A DNA stretch of 62,236 nucleotides, counting the filler, from Choristocarpus tenellus KU-1152 (lineage: Eukaryota; Protista; Phaeophyceae), in NCBI GenBank assembly GCA_964200185.2. It is 9 parts of 9 records of this genome, joined end to end, with 100 filler letters (N's around TTAATTAATTAA, not from the genome) between each part and the next. Parts side by side here need not be neighbours in the genome. Positions count along the whole stretch, not along the records: positions 1 to 7,933 come from CAXNAD020005373.1; positions 8,034 to 15,438 come from CAXNAD020006205.1; 7 more parts are not named here. The stretch is one strand, 5' to 3'. How positions within the stretch are numbered: the stretch's first letter is position 1; each line of letters starts with the position of its first letter. The notes under the pieces were generated by a model. The model was not told the origin of the DNA. It did not search any database and was given only the letters and a program-made list of their open reading frames with translations. Of this stretch, positions 1 through 12,450 are shown piece by piece. A program made the position numbers and the translations under genes.

Positions 1-98
1 ATCCAACGGACGCATGCAACCAAATCAAACAAAAATCGCGACATGAAAAAATTGACCCCAAAGGGACAGCCGCTACCCCCCCCCAGGTACTTTGACCC
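1..98. mobile_element. MITE family A, right end (truncated by window start)
   Basis: Matches the right half of the full copy at 51978-52155 (ATCCAAC..ATGCAACCAAATCA..poly-C..TACTTTGACCC terminus). Confidence 0.75.
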
Positions 99-740
99 AC
101 AACAACGATCACTGTAATCAAGGTAATCGGATACTGATCCATTCATTCCCAGGGAAAGCTCTGAGTGAAGCCATCAAGAAGGGGGGGCGATTATATTTGA
201 CCCTTTTTGAGTTTAAATGGGCTTTTAACCCTTGCATAATACACACCATGCTCATGCCTGTAGTGCAGTCAACCCAACCCCCCTTAGACGGTGGGTCTGA
301 AGAAAAGAAGATTAGGTGTGAAGACATTGTTCATCAAAGGTTCCCTCGAAAAGTGCTCAGAACACCTGTACAACGGGGCAGTCATGGGGGTTCTTCAAAC
401 CTGATGTCACTCCCCTTTTCGACGTTTTGATCTCTAGTTCGTAGTGACATAGTCACCTCGTACACAGTGATGCAACATAAAAAAGATACACCATGAACAT
501 CATTCATGAGGGTACAATGCCACACCTCATCTGGCGACATAGTACATCGGCTAACAAAAACATTTTGTATATTTTGAAGTGAGAAAAACAGACGGTTCAG
601 GGCTCGCCTTCATCTTCGACCTGTTCCGATGATAATTTTTTTTGCACTTTTCTTCTTGCATCATCATGAAAAACGACAAACTCTCGAAATCTGTTGTGGG
701 CACCGTCCAAGAAAGGGTTAAACTTGAAGTGTGTGGCACA

Positions 741-991
741 GAGTCAAAGTAAGCGAGAGGTACCCAGAGTTCCATTTCAAGGATGCCGACAAACATGTCC
801 AAAAAAATCGTCCATTTTTACAAATGCGTAGAGGATATTTTTCTGAATTAGTGTCGAATTTTTTCAAACAATAGAAGTCAAACCTAGCACTTCATCCATA
901 CAAACGGGGGTGAATCGCAAAAGAATAAAAAAAACTGGCTAAAAATGAATAACGGTCAAAACCTAGGTACATCTCGTTTGCTTTTTGGTTC
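741..991. mobile_element. MITE family C (~250 bp)
   Basis: Imperfect TIRs GAGTCAAAGTAAGCGAGAGGTACC / GGTACATCTCGTTTGCTTTTTGGTTC; homologous copies at 1537, 19824, 39286, 43704. Confidence 0.8.
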
Positions 992-1102
992 ACAGTTATA
1001 ACCTCACAAGAACTGTTGACTGTGTGTTTTAAAGTACTCGCATCGAGCATTACCAGCAAGTAAGTATCACAACGCATACTGCTCCAACCACGAACTACTT
1101 CT

Positions 1103-1386
1103 GAGCAAAAGCATTTAAGAGGGGTAGGGCCGCGTCCGTTCGGGGTCCATAATCCAAATGTTGCGATTTTTTTGATGAATTATTGTGGCTGTCGTGTTTG
1201 TTATCAAGTGTCAATATCCTTGTTCGGGACACACCTTTCGTAGTCGTACTCCGAAATATTCTGGAGCAGGCAACTGGGTTCACATAGAAAACCGTAAAAG
1301 GGTATAAACAACCCATGGATGGGAAGCCAAATCCCCCAAAAAGGACAAACAGGGCAAAACTCCTACCCTCGTAAATGCTTTGGGTC
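1103..1386. mobile_element. MITE family B (~280 bp) with 4-bp TSD TTCT
   Basis: TIRs GAGCAAAAGCATTTAAGAGGGGTAGG / CCTACCCTCGTAAATGCTTTGGGTC; TTCT on both flanks; copies at 22018, 33928, 45990, 47156. Confidence 0.85.
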
Positions 1387-1536
1387 TTCTTAGTACTCAG
1401 AAACTGAAATTTTTCTGGGTTAGTAGCGAAGAGTTTGTACCAAAAACACCTCCTATTGTAACATACCCTGATCGTGGGTACTTGCTCGTTTGATTTCGAA
1501 GCAAATAATTTACATATTTGTGCAGTCCTTCGCCTC

Positions 1537-1790
1537 GAGTCAAAGTACAGTAGAGATATCCAGGGTTACATTTTAAGGATGACAAATGTTTGGAAATTTC
1601 GTGTTTCTTGTCCAAGTAAGTGTGTTCAGAGAATTTTGTGAATTCTGTCGAATTTTATTAAACAATCAAGAAATCAAGTCAAACCTAGCAAATCATCCAT
1701 AGAAATTATGGGTGAATTGCCAAATATGAGAATAATGACTTTTAAAAAATGCAAAACCAAAACCGAGGTATCTGTCATTTGCTCTGGCTC
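1537..1790. mobile_element. MITE family C
   Basis: GAGTCAAAGTA...TTTGCTCTGGCTC termini; internal AAGTCAAACCTAGCA..TCATCCATA block shared with 741-991. Confidence 0.75.
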
Positions 1791-3383
1791 GTTATAAATA
1801 TTCTGTTTTTAATGAATTGTTAATCGTATCTTACAAATATTCTGAGTGGTCGAGGACCTACGATCGAACATCAAAGGGGGTATCGCACCATACATAAAAC
1901 AGATAGCAAAAAATGATCGACATCGTAACAGGTCAATTTGGAATAAACCTGCATGGTAAATCATCGGGTATTTTGCTTTTTGGGGTCTGCAGCAGCAGAG
2001 GAGGACGGAACAACAGCAGACAAAAAAAGTCGACACAAAATAATGAAAAAGAATCACAAAGAGCAGTGATGCTCCCACCACCTCCTACGCCTTACTCCTC
2101 CGATTCCCATTAACCTATATAAACAAAGTCGCGCCAACATGGAGATGTGTAGTAGGGAACATGACACAACAAAAACCGAAAACATGTTAGATTGTTCACT
2201 TTTCACATCAAGCCAGGAGGTATTCGCCCTGACGTCTCCCCTCCTACATACTAATGTGACCACTCTTTCAATAAAAAAACCCCATATAACCAACATTTTT
2301 TAATATTTAGTATGTATTTCCGAAACCCATGGGTCCAATGCCAATACTCCACCAAGGCCCCCCACAGACCTTCTGTAAGTAAGTCATTCGCAATATTGTA
2401 TTGCAATAGGGTTAAGTTCATACCGTTCATCAGTGCTAAGGTATACCAAATGACATGTGACCAGAGATGGGATTCTTGATTGTCTGCTCACTAGATGTTG
2501 CCCGCACAGCCCCCTATCTTGCATATCTTGGAAGATGGGCAAAACCGATAATGGATGAACAATATACCATGACCATGATAGATATTTCGAAGTATATGTA
2601 TGCTTTTCTGCGCGGTAGGCTCTATAATATATTGTATGTACTCTGCATGTTACGTCAAGGTACGTATCCTCAAATATTCAAATTTGTGTACGTGTATGTG
2701 TATGTGTATGTGTTCGTCTATCATTGAACGTCGAACTAAATAAGCAGTCAGCACTCAACAAACATGGATTTCTTAAAATAAGACTTGAATAGTGGACATA
2801 GCCATTGGAGTGTCCTGCAACTGAGCAGTAGATGGGCATATCTACTGGGCATGTCGAATGTCCATCACCTGCCATACTTGTAGTGTTCCGAGATTGAGGG
2901 GCTGGTACAAAAAGCAAACACGTCCACCAATCAAAAACAATCACATCTATGTCACATGTAGTCACTGGATGGATTCACCATGATTGTTACACTAGACTAA
3001 TACTACTACCAATAGTAACAGTGGGACTGCTCTCATCTGCAAGAAAAAATGTTACCGTTTCATTTTACGAAAACATGAAAAGTTGCTTTTTCTTCTTACA
3101 CCTTGCACTCTCTCTCTACACATACACCAAATGCAGATGACCTTGAGAAGATCGTCCTACTACTTGGGAAGCAGGTGCATGAAGAACAGCTCTCGTTCGT
3201 CCTCAGTCTTGAACCCCTTGGCGACAAAGGGGATCTCAACTACTGACTTGAACCCCTCCTGTAAGAATTCAGAGTTATGGATGGGATGGGGGGTGAGGAC
3301 AACCTGCCGCCATATTACTAAATCTGCAAGAGGACTCGTTACATGCTGTTTGAGATACCCAAAGAATACAATACAATAAAAAA

Positions 3384-3406
3384 CTAACACTAACCCTAAC
3401 CCTAAC
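3384..3406. repeat. Interstitial telomeric repeat (CCCTAA)n
   Basis: CTAACACTAACCCTAACCCTAAC read directly. Confidence 0.8.
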
Positions 3407-4495
3407 TCATATCCTGAGTATGTACCCCTGTTGTTATTCTTTGATGCAAAAATCTCTACACCTGTACCCTCAATTCTGTATGCCCAACCCAAAGCCATCG
3501 GGGGGGGGTGAGGATGCACCTCCCACTGCACTGCCTTCATACTCTTCAAGTCAGTGACGATAGATCTTCCAGGGTGTTTGACACTGTCATTGGAAGTGGC
3601 CCTCAAAACCTCATAAACTCATAAACACAACTTCAACTCAATAATACAATATTGACACCTCTTGTCCTTCGCCCACAAGACACCTCCCAAATTGTAACTC
3701 TAACCCTGGCCTGAAGCAAACCTGGGAAGCATCCACCGGCTCTACGTTCTTAAACCAGGTGTGTATCACCACATCTGGAACCCTCCTCCGTTCCCCCCCC
3801 CAGGGGTTACACGCACGAAAGGCATTAAGGTGAAAACAAACCTCCTAGGGGAGACGGGGCCAGGGCAATTGAGAACATGGGAAGGAGGGGAATAAGCGTA
3901 ACTGTAAAAGACATTCCGCATCTTACGATAACTCTCTTCTTAACGAGGTTTGAACCAAAATGGATCAACCCTAAAGTCAGCCACGAAACCGACACGTTCC
4001 TGTTTGAAAATAATCAATAATGTACTACTGTTAACATTTTGTTTTTACAGTGTGGTGAGTTGTGGCGCCCAGGTAAAAAAAGAAGTAGCTCACACACAGG
4101 GTAACGCAGGTAGGGATAGGGTCAGCAATGGGATATGCAGTTTCAGGCAAGGGTAATCGTGCTTGATATCATCAGAATATGCCTTCTTTATGTCCTAGAT
4201 GTGGAAAAGTACAGACCCAAACAAGTCCCCGCGTGAATTATTTTATTATTTTTATATTGCAATGGTCTCTTCTTCGTCTTCGTCTTTTTTTTTTCCAAAA
4301 TGTTCTTGAACACGTCCTCAACAGAATCGATACCCTAGAACACTAAGAATACTATCACGACAATACAAAAACAAACAAGGCAGTAAAACGAATTTTAACA
4401 CAAAAATGAAAAGAGAGTCAAATCTCAATGGTAATCACGATTTCTATTGCGACAGCGTTCCTCGTGACATTGATTAGACATCAGCCACTGTGAAA

Positions 4496-4539
4496 ACCGT
4501 AACCTAAACTCCCCTAACCCTAACCCTAACCCTAATCCC
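4496..4539. repeat. Interstitial telomeric repeat (CCCTAA)n, degenerate edges
   Basis: Four perfect CCCTAA units with variant units on the left. Confidence 0.85.
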
Positions 4540-7139
4540 AAAGCAAAAACCATAAGGTGCACATCAAGTCGAAGAGGGTCAGAAAGGTGGAACACATTCA
4601 ATTTCCATAAATCTTTCAAAAATTGCGTTCATGGACTCTTACGAAGGGGAATCCATTATTATGTTATTATTAGTATTATTATTAATATGGGTAACATTAT
4701 CTAAAAGGGGTTTTCATTGAGTTTCTCGGACCCCCAGAGATATAGGAACTTAGAGTTAGGGTTATGGTGCGGCCTCATCTTATGTACTGATCAGCATTAA
4801 GTCGATCTCTACCACTGTACCCCAGCAAATCATATCACATCTTGGACAGGTCTCCATCCAATCTTTCGTCAATCGTGTGGCTTACACACACACACGAAAT
4901 AATTATATACATACGTATATATATATATATATATATCTCAGCACATTTTTTTTAGTTCTATTTTCTTTCTTAATAGTCACTATTATACAAGTACGACATA
5001 CATTTGTTAATATAATTTACCACTACTACTGTTATGATAAACAGTGGGTGTTGATTTCCGTATTTCATGCTACTGATTGCATGAGATAGAGTTGATAACC
5101 AAATTGTTTGTTATTGCACCACGATTTTAATCAACCAAAAATGGAGGTAACTTTCCAAGTGTATAACTCCCTACTCAAAGAAGCGTCAAACACTAAACAT
5201 CTCAATACCCAGCAGGGAGGAGTTCCCACCAGGAGAGGATACAAGCACGCACACTCTTACAAATGCACTAGGAAATAACTAACTAGCTGAAATCATGTTC
5301 ACCATTCTGATTTTTCCATGCATTGATTAAAGAGCCGAACCAGGTGAGAGGTAGGATTAGGGTTTCATATATATATATTATTTTTAAGATACCCAAGAGA
5401 AGCGCAAAAATCCGCCATTCCCTACAGGTGAAGAGAAAACCCTTTCTTAATTGTCACCTTTTGTATGTGGAAATGGGGGAATTTAATTTTTTCACACATT
5501 AATGTGTGTAAAAGGCAATGGAACAGAGCGTATTTATTGCACAGGGCAAAAAAGTGACTTAGAATACCAAAAAGGTACAAAACTGTCTACCCTAACCCTA
5601 ATTATATACATAAATATTTTGTTCTAGTTCTAGATACTGGGAAGAAGCTCTTTCTTCTTCAGCAGTCTTGGACAGAAAAAAAGTGTTGCAGAGTAGCAGT
5701 AATCTGGATCTTCGGAATATTCTAGAACACTATGACAGTAGCATGATGGCGAACATATATTGATTGATATTCATTCATACACAACATGTCAATAAGCAAA
5801 CACAGATATTATCGTTCTTATTTCCATTTGGTATTGGCTACATCCTCCGGAGCAGGTACATCCTCCCTCCATTCAGCACCAATTTCAAGAGTTTGGGGGG
5901 CAGGCTATAAACAGCACAAGATGATATCACATTTTCACTATTCTTTGCAGGAATCTCCCCCCAAAAAACACCATGAGGCTACCCTGAAATCTAAGCAAAA
6001 TCTGAAACGGTCTGCCTATTCTACACGACCCTCTACGAATATAGAAGAAACGCCTTCCCAATGCATTATTTTTCATCATCCACACAGACTGTACTATTCA
6101 ACCTAATTAAAAAATTCTAACAGAGGAAGTACATGGTGTCGCCCTTCTCATCGCTGGGCAAAAAAAAAAAAATGTTTTTATTAACCATTTGTTAATAATA
6201 AGTCTATTTCTTTGTCGAAAATAAAACAAACCCTTAGCTGGTCATTGTAGTACACAGACACAGACACACTGCACATAATTGTTTTCTTATCACACATACA
6301 CAGATAAATAAATAGATAAATTATGCAGCAATGATGTCTTTCGATGATAATTTAAATCTTAACGATAATGAATCGATGGAGAAATAAATAATAATAATGA
6401 ACACGATAGAGTCCCTTGTCTACCCACCACAGTTATCAAATGCAGAGAAAATTTCAGTCTTTTTAAAAATCAAACAGTCAGAAAGAAAAAAACTTCATAT
6501 ATATATATATATATTTTTTATTTTTCTCATGACCAGGACAGGATATAGTAAAGCAAGCAAACAAATCTTGCGCAGTTTCTCAGTACCACTACGTTACTTT
6601 TAATTAATCTTATTTGAAATATACGTATCTTCATGTACCTCGTTGTATACATTACAAATAATTCTTTTTCAAAGGAGTACAAAGTCCAACAACCAAGTCC
6701 GAGATGTGTACTGAAGTAAATCAATTTAGCGTGCAATAGAACGTTTCTCAATTGCGCGATAAAGATCCGCTACAAATATATTCTTTTCATTTTTTGGTTA
6801 GTTACCTTTGGGGTCGTAAACAGGAGACATCGAACAGAGGCCGACTCTTGATTGGCGATTTTCACCCACTCTGACCTATGCCGGCGCTGCTTACACACAA
6901 AAAAATCAAAAACAAAAACACACACAATAAATAAAAGTATATTAAGAGCAAAATAACATGAGAAGAAACAACTGGTGTAACACATAGAGGTTCTTTGTTG
7001 ATTATACAACAGTTAAAATTAAAAATATAAGAGAAAAAAACAAAAAACAGAATGAATACATAGTACACATATGTTCTCTTGTGCACATCGGCGCTCCAGA
7101 GTAAGCTTTTTCAAAAACCGAAAAAAACCGAAAAAAACG

Positions 7140-7172
<33 letters not shown>

Positions 7173-7189
7173 ACCCCAAAAACCAAAAA

Positions 7190-7246
<57 letters not shown>

Positions 7247-7731
7247 AANNNNNAAAAACCAAAAAAAACCAAAAAAACCCCCCCCCCCCCCCCCCACCCC
7301 CCCCTCGAAGAAAACAGATACAAAAAGCAGGAAAAAAGCGCAAAATAATTTTTTGAAAAATCAAAGTTGACAAGTGATGAAGGTGAAGATTATTTTTTAA
7401 AGATTATGAGCTTTGTGCATGTGGGCAGCAATTGTGGTGTCATGATAGCAATTGTTTTAGGGGTCCATACAAGGTAAAGTGTCAAGGGTAACTGTTAAGT
7501 GGTTGTAGGTAGGGTATGTCCAGTTGATCCACAAACAAGAGATAGTCAACATGAGGAAATTGGATACACACACACACACACACACACTTTATTTGTCAAG
7601 TTTGAAACACAGACTATTTGTCATCATTATCAGGTTTGTTGCTGAGGCAATGCGATTCATGTGCTTCAACCCAAGTACGAGGTCAGTAGATATCCATCCG
7701 CATCAGGTCATACAGCCATATTATTATTAGC

Positions 7732-7732
<1 letters not shown>

Positions 7733-7778
<46 letters not shown>
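7733..7778. repeat. (AAT)n microsatellite
   Basis: About 15 perfect AAT units. Confidence 0.95.
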
Positions 7779-7779
<1 letters not shown>

Positions 7780-7933
7780 TGCCTTCAGTTCACAGGCACA
7801 AAGGTAACTTTTTCAACAAATGAATCCCCTATTGATTCAAAATAGGCAGAAATCGCATTAGTACGTCTGATCCAGAAGATACACATTGACTGATAGCTGT
7901 TTAGGAAGACCTTATGCAGAGTAACCCCCCCCC

Positions 7934-8033
7934 NNNNNNNNNNNNNNNNNNNNNNNNNNNNNNNNNNNNNNNNNNNNTTAATTAATTAANNNNNNNNNNN
8001 NNNNNNNNNNNNNNNNNNNNNNNNNNNNNNNNN
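7934..8033. other. Artificial contig linker N44-TTAATTAATTAA-N44 (also 15439-15538, 21465-21564, 24812-24911, 36202-36301, 42345-42444, 45274-45373, 56627-56726)
   Basis: Eight identical 100-bp spacers; TTAATTAATTAA places stops in all six frames. Confidence 0.97.
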
Positions 8034-10032
8034 CACCCCCAGGCACCAGGAGCCCCGCATCACAAGCCCCAGTAGTTTAGGCAAATCAAGGGGCACATGA
8101 TTCATATTTCATTTGCACCCCAAGATCAGGTTGATGAACAAAGGGAGGAGTCGTATCATGAGTCATTGGTAAGGAAAGAGAGTGGACCAGTGTGGGAGAA
8201 GAGGTAGGAGAGAGAAAAAAAATTTACCAGTACAATGAAATTCGCAAAAAAAAAAAATCCTTCGTGGACAGGTTAGGCCGTGCATATTTGAAAATTCTCT
8301 TAGTCAAAAGCACATACTCAAACCCGCAGACTGGGCTGCAAGAGTTCTACCACATTTATGCGCTTGCAGTTGATACATGAGTATTCCACTACCCCTGTTC
8401 AAGACGATAACTGGAACGGGCTGGTCATCGTAACTGCACCATAGATGGGCAGAACTGGGACCTTCACTCGGAAACAGATAGAAGATACGGTCTCCAAAAA
8501 AACAATGTATTTGCTTTATGACCATTCTTGCTGACATTCCTATCCATCAGACTGCACTATACTCACCCCGACTCAAGCGCAGAGAAGTATCATCTCAATC
8601 TACCAACTGACGAGTTGCAATATAAAATATTTTGGGATCTTGGCAAGTGAAACTGTTAACGGTGAGATCAAGGAGGCAAGCACTTCAATGGGGGCTGGAC
8701 CAGGTGGGGGGAGGGATAGAGGTTGCTGTCCAGCCACATCCATGAGGGTGCCAAAATCATCAGGGGTAGTAATTGGTAGAGCAAAGGGCACTGGTTGAAA
8801 AAATATCTTCCAATCTTGTGTTGTTTTTTCTGCCAGACAAGAATTGAAGTCGATTATTGAACACCATAATCCGAACTTCGAATACTTGTGCTGAAATACT
8901 GTTGAATTCTAGTCTCTGTAAAAATTGGAGCCCTAGGCCCGGGATCAACACTCAGAAACTATTGCACAGTAGATATTTTTCTCAATCAGGAAAACATATG
9001 AGTATGTCATAAGTCTGCTTGAAATGATTTGATGCGTTTGACTGAATCAAAGAAGGCACACAATGCATGAGGCAAGGAGAGGCACTTTCGTCCAGAATGT
9101 CGTGAGGAGGACTTTTAAAGCGAATTGTGCTATTCAAATACACCTGAAAATAATTGACCAATCGAAAGTTTTCCATTAGATCTCCGTCATTCTTCTACTA
9201 CATCATGCAGCGTAAACGTGTCCGAGAAAATGGTGCAAAAATCGATCATTTCACGGACAAAACAGATTGACTCAATTGAATCACTGCAATCCACAACATC
9301 AACAACCACTACGGAAGGGCACAAGCTTAGCCTGTGTAGGTACTTGTACATTCTGTACAACCAAAAAACATATTAATAGCGCTCTCAATTGGAACACACA
9401 CATTGAGCATACATTTATAAACATACTGCATGCTATAGTGCTATATGTAGTATACAACTCATTACGATCCGGGCAGAACGTGTTGCGATATTGAAGCTCA
9501 CCAATGCTTGTGTGAGAATCTCTCTTGGAATAAGAAGTAGTGTCATTATACACATGCATCACTTCACTTAATCCACAGCAAGGCATAAAGGGATACACAG
9601 TTACTTCACTCAACCTTTTAAGGGAGAGGCATGGGTGCAAATTAAAGATATTGACTCACTCACCAGTCCCAGTCGCATTCACTGTCAGTGCGGGGGGTTA
9701 GTCGAGTGTTGACCCAGTTCACAAACAGACGCCCCACCCTTGAACAGAGATGCATGCACACAGGACAGTTGGGGAAGACATTTTAAAGTCTTACATGGGC
9801 ACACGTTGGGAAGGCAAGAGGGATGAGGCGAGGGAAGAAAATTTGAGGGGGCTTTGTATGCCAGGGGGTAGGAGAGATGCTGTCATTCCTGAGAGGATTT
9901 AAAGGCAGGCACAGGCAGAGTAACTCCAGACAAATATGCCGAAGACTGACTGGGCAGCATTTAAACCGTTCTAGCACGATCTCTCTTCCTTTCCCTTCCC
10001 CTTCGAGCAGTTCCCATCCTCTTCTTCACTGA

Positions 10033-10420
10033 TCACCTCTCCAACAACGCCTCGTCATCATGATCGAGGGATTGATACTCCTTTTTCCATCGCTGCTGCT
10101 GATAAACCTCTCCTCTTCGCATGATAATCTGCTTCATTTCCTCAAAATCCTCATAGTCCATCTTATCTAGCACGTCCTCCAGATTACTCCTCCTGGCAGC
10201 GGTATCGAATCGAAAACGATCATTTAAAGGGTAGAAGGAGGGGCACAACAGCATATGTTCTTATAGGGTATAAATTAAAATGGTCCATGTGAGTTCGGTG
10301 GAGTTGTTTTTCAACGAGGACATCAGGGTGGGCAGATCATCGAAATACGGGTCTCCACAAAACGGCGAATCAACGGCAAAATTCAAAGCATCTTCCACAG
10401 AGATACCCCGGACTTTGTAA
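10033..10420 (-). pseudogene. Degenerate coding fragment of unknown origin
   Basis: One frame reads RVTYKVRGISVEDALNFAVDSPFCGDPYFDDLPTLMSSLKNNSTELTWTILIYTL*EHMLLCPSFYPLNDRF...EALLER* (~128 codons, one internal stop); no family recognised. Confidence 0.4.
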
Positions 10421-11987
10421 GTAACCCTCTCAATTTACAAATTGAAACTTGTGTTTCATCTGTGCCCAACATATTCGTAGGCCCCCTAGCACAATTCAAA
10501 GCAGCATCTACAGCACTTGCCTATCAGAGTTGCGCCGCGAGCGCTCATCCCACTCTGAAGAGTACCTTTGAGCCACACCTGGCCTACATAGAAATGCCAC
10601 GACTAGACAAATGATGGACCTTTGTCGGAATGGTGCCATGACCTTAAGTCCTTCAACGATGTCAAAATTTTAATCTAATACTGGGGAGGGGGGTGATCGA
10701 GGTGTGGCAGTAGTAGGGCAGTTAGCACATCAGCATTGATCGCATAGGTGTACAGCCGAATCGACTTCGTTCAAGTCTCTCACTCAGTACAGCGACAGAG
10801 TAGAGGGTGATGGTCCTTTTTGAACAACGTAGAGAATAGACATTATTCTCTACAACTACCGCGAGCAAGACGCACACTTTCTCGCCACCTACAAAACCAA
10901 AACTACAAAGGAGGTTAAGACCAGAGGTTAGGGCAGCATGTCGCACCCCCCACAGGGCCGGGGGTCTCCTTTCTTGGGGGGAAGGCAGCCTCAGCAGCTT
11001 AGCCATTCTCGCGGAGGGCAGCCAGCAATGTGGGGTGGAAATGTTCCTGGTCCAGGTCAAGGAATGGTCAGTGCCATGATAACTACTTTGTGAGAGCTCG
11101 AAGACGAGAAAATGTTGACTTTGGACTTGATTTTCGTTCGTTTGTAATCTCTAGATGTGCAGGGTACCCATTATCAACCGATTGTCTCACCTATAAAGTC
11201 ATCAGTAGCTTCGAGGTGCTGTGCTATGATCCGTTTCAGTTGGGCTGGCCCTTGATCTTGTCCTCATGTGACGGTCCAACCGATAAGACTAGACAGACCT
11301 TGTTAAAGGTGAAGGGGGTACAAAGTACCCTGGCGATTAATACTTTACTCATCATTATGTGTGAGACGGGGGAGGGGGGGTCGTTTGTAGTCGCCAAGGT
11401 TCCTATTTTCTATCCCAAGGTGTTGTTTCAGTAGGCTATGAATCGTCACTTACATCTCCCCTGCCCAACATCCCAACAAAATGTGTTGTATTGTGGTTAT
11501 TTATGGGGATTCACGATTAAGGTTACACAAGGATGAAAAATCTTTGATGCCCAGGCAATCAAACTTTTGGTTATTGTCACTCGCTGCCCTCGAATCACAG
11601 TCATTCCTGCGTCTACTTCCCAAAATCTGACTTCTTGTTTTTGTATCATTTTCCTAAACGGAGATACTATGTCGCTGGCAACCTCATACGACAGTCCTCA
11701 CCATCGCAGGCCATTCTCGATCATCAAAGCCCATAATGTACCAGAGTTGTACACAGTCAATACTCAAACACGCCATCACCTCTACACACCTTTAGTGACT
11801 TTGGGGTGGCGTATTGCACACGTCGTTTAATCCAAAGTCAGGATATAGGTTGCATTCCTCCATATTCGAAAAAAATCGCTCCCCTCATGCACCTTCTCTG
11901 ATTCCCCCTTCTTGCTTTCACGCACGCAATCTGCCTCTTGGTGGGTCTCACGTCTGTCTCCATGGGGTGTATTTTCTCTTCCCGAAC

Positions 11988-12408
11988 ATGCAACAGCCAC
12001 AGCAGCAAATGTACCAGATGCAACCGCCCCATCAAACACAACAACATATGCAGATTCAAAGGCAGCAGCAGCAGCAGCAGCAGCGGTGGCAGCAAGGATT
12101 TCCCCAACCGATAGTACCTCCCAATCAATGGGTGCCACTTCCACAACAACCCCAGCAGCCGCATCTAAGGTCACCCCAACAGCAGCCTTTGCCAGCACAG
12201 CAGCAACAACACCAGCGCCAAAACCAACACCAACAGACCTCGTCACAGGTGCAATAGCCTTCAGAGTTTTTCCCTCATCTCAGTCTTGGGTGACATTGTA
12301 GCAGTGTCATGGGAGACACTCTATTTGCCTGTGTGCAAAAACAAGTGTGAGCATCCAATATGAAGTACACTGGAAGTAATAGTGAGGGCCCTTCAGGTAC
12401 AACCCTCC

Positions 12409-12450
<42 letters not shown>

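Noticed and set aside
3700-3870. Possible ribozyme or structured RNA (CCCTGGCC...GGCCAGGG, ACCTGG...CCAGGT)
   Set aside because: No hammerhead CUGANGA core, and only short stems that could arise by chance.
7100-7340. Poly-C/poly-A block giving poly-Pro/Lys/Phe/Gly ORFs
   Set aside because: Homopolymer-degraded, self-similar sequence around a small N gap; typical low-quality read ends, not coding.
7934-8033. Recurring TTAATTAATTAA motif at regular gaps
   Set aside because: Synthetic six-frame-stop linker, identical at eight places.
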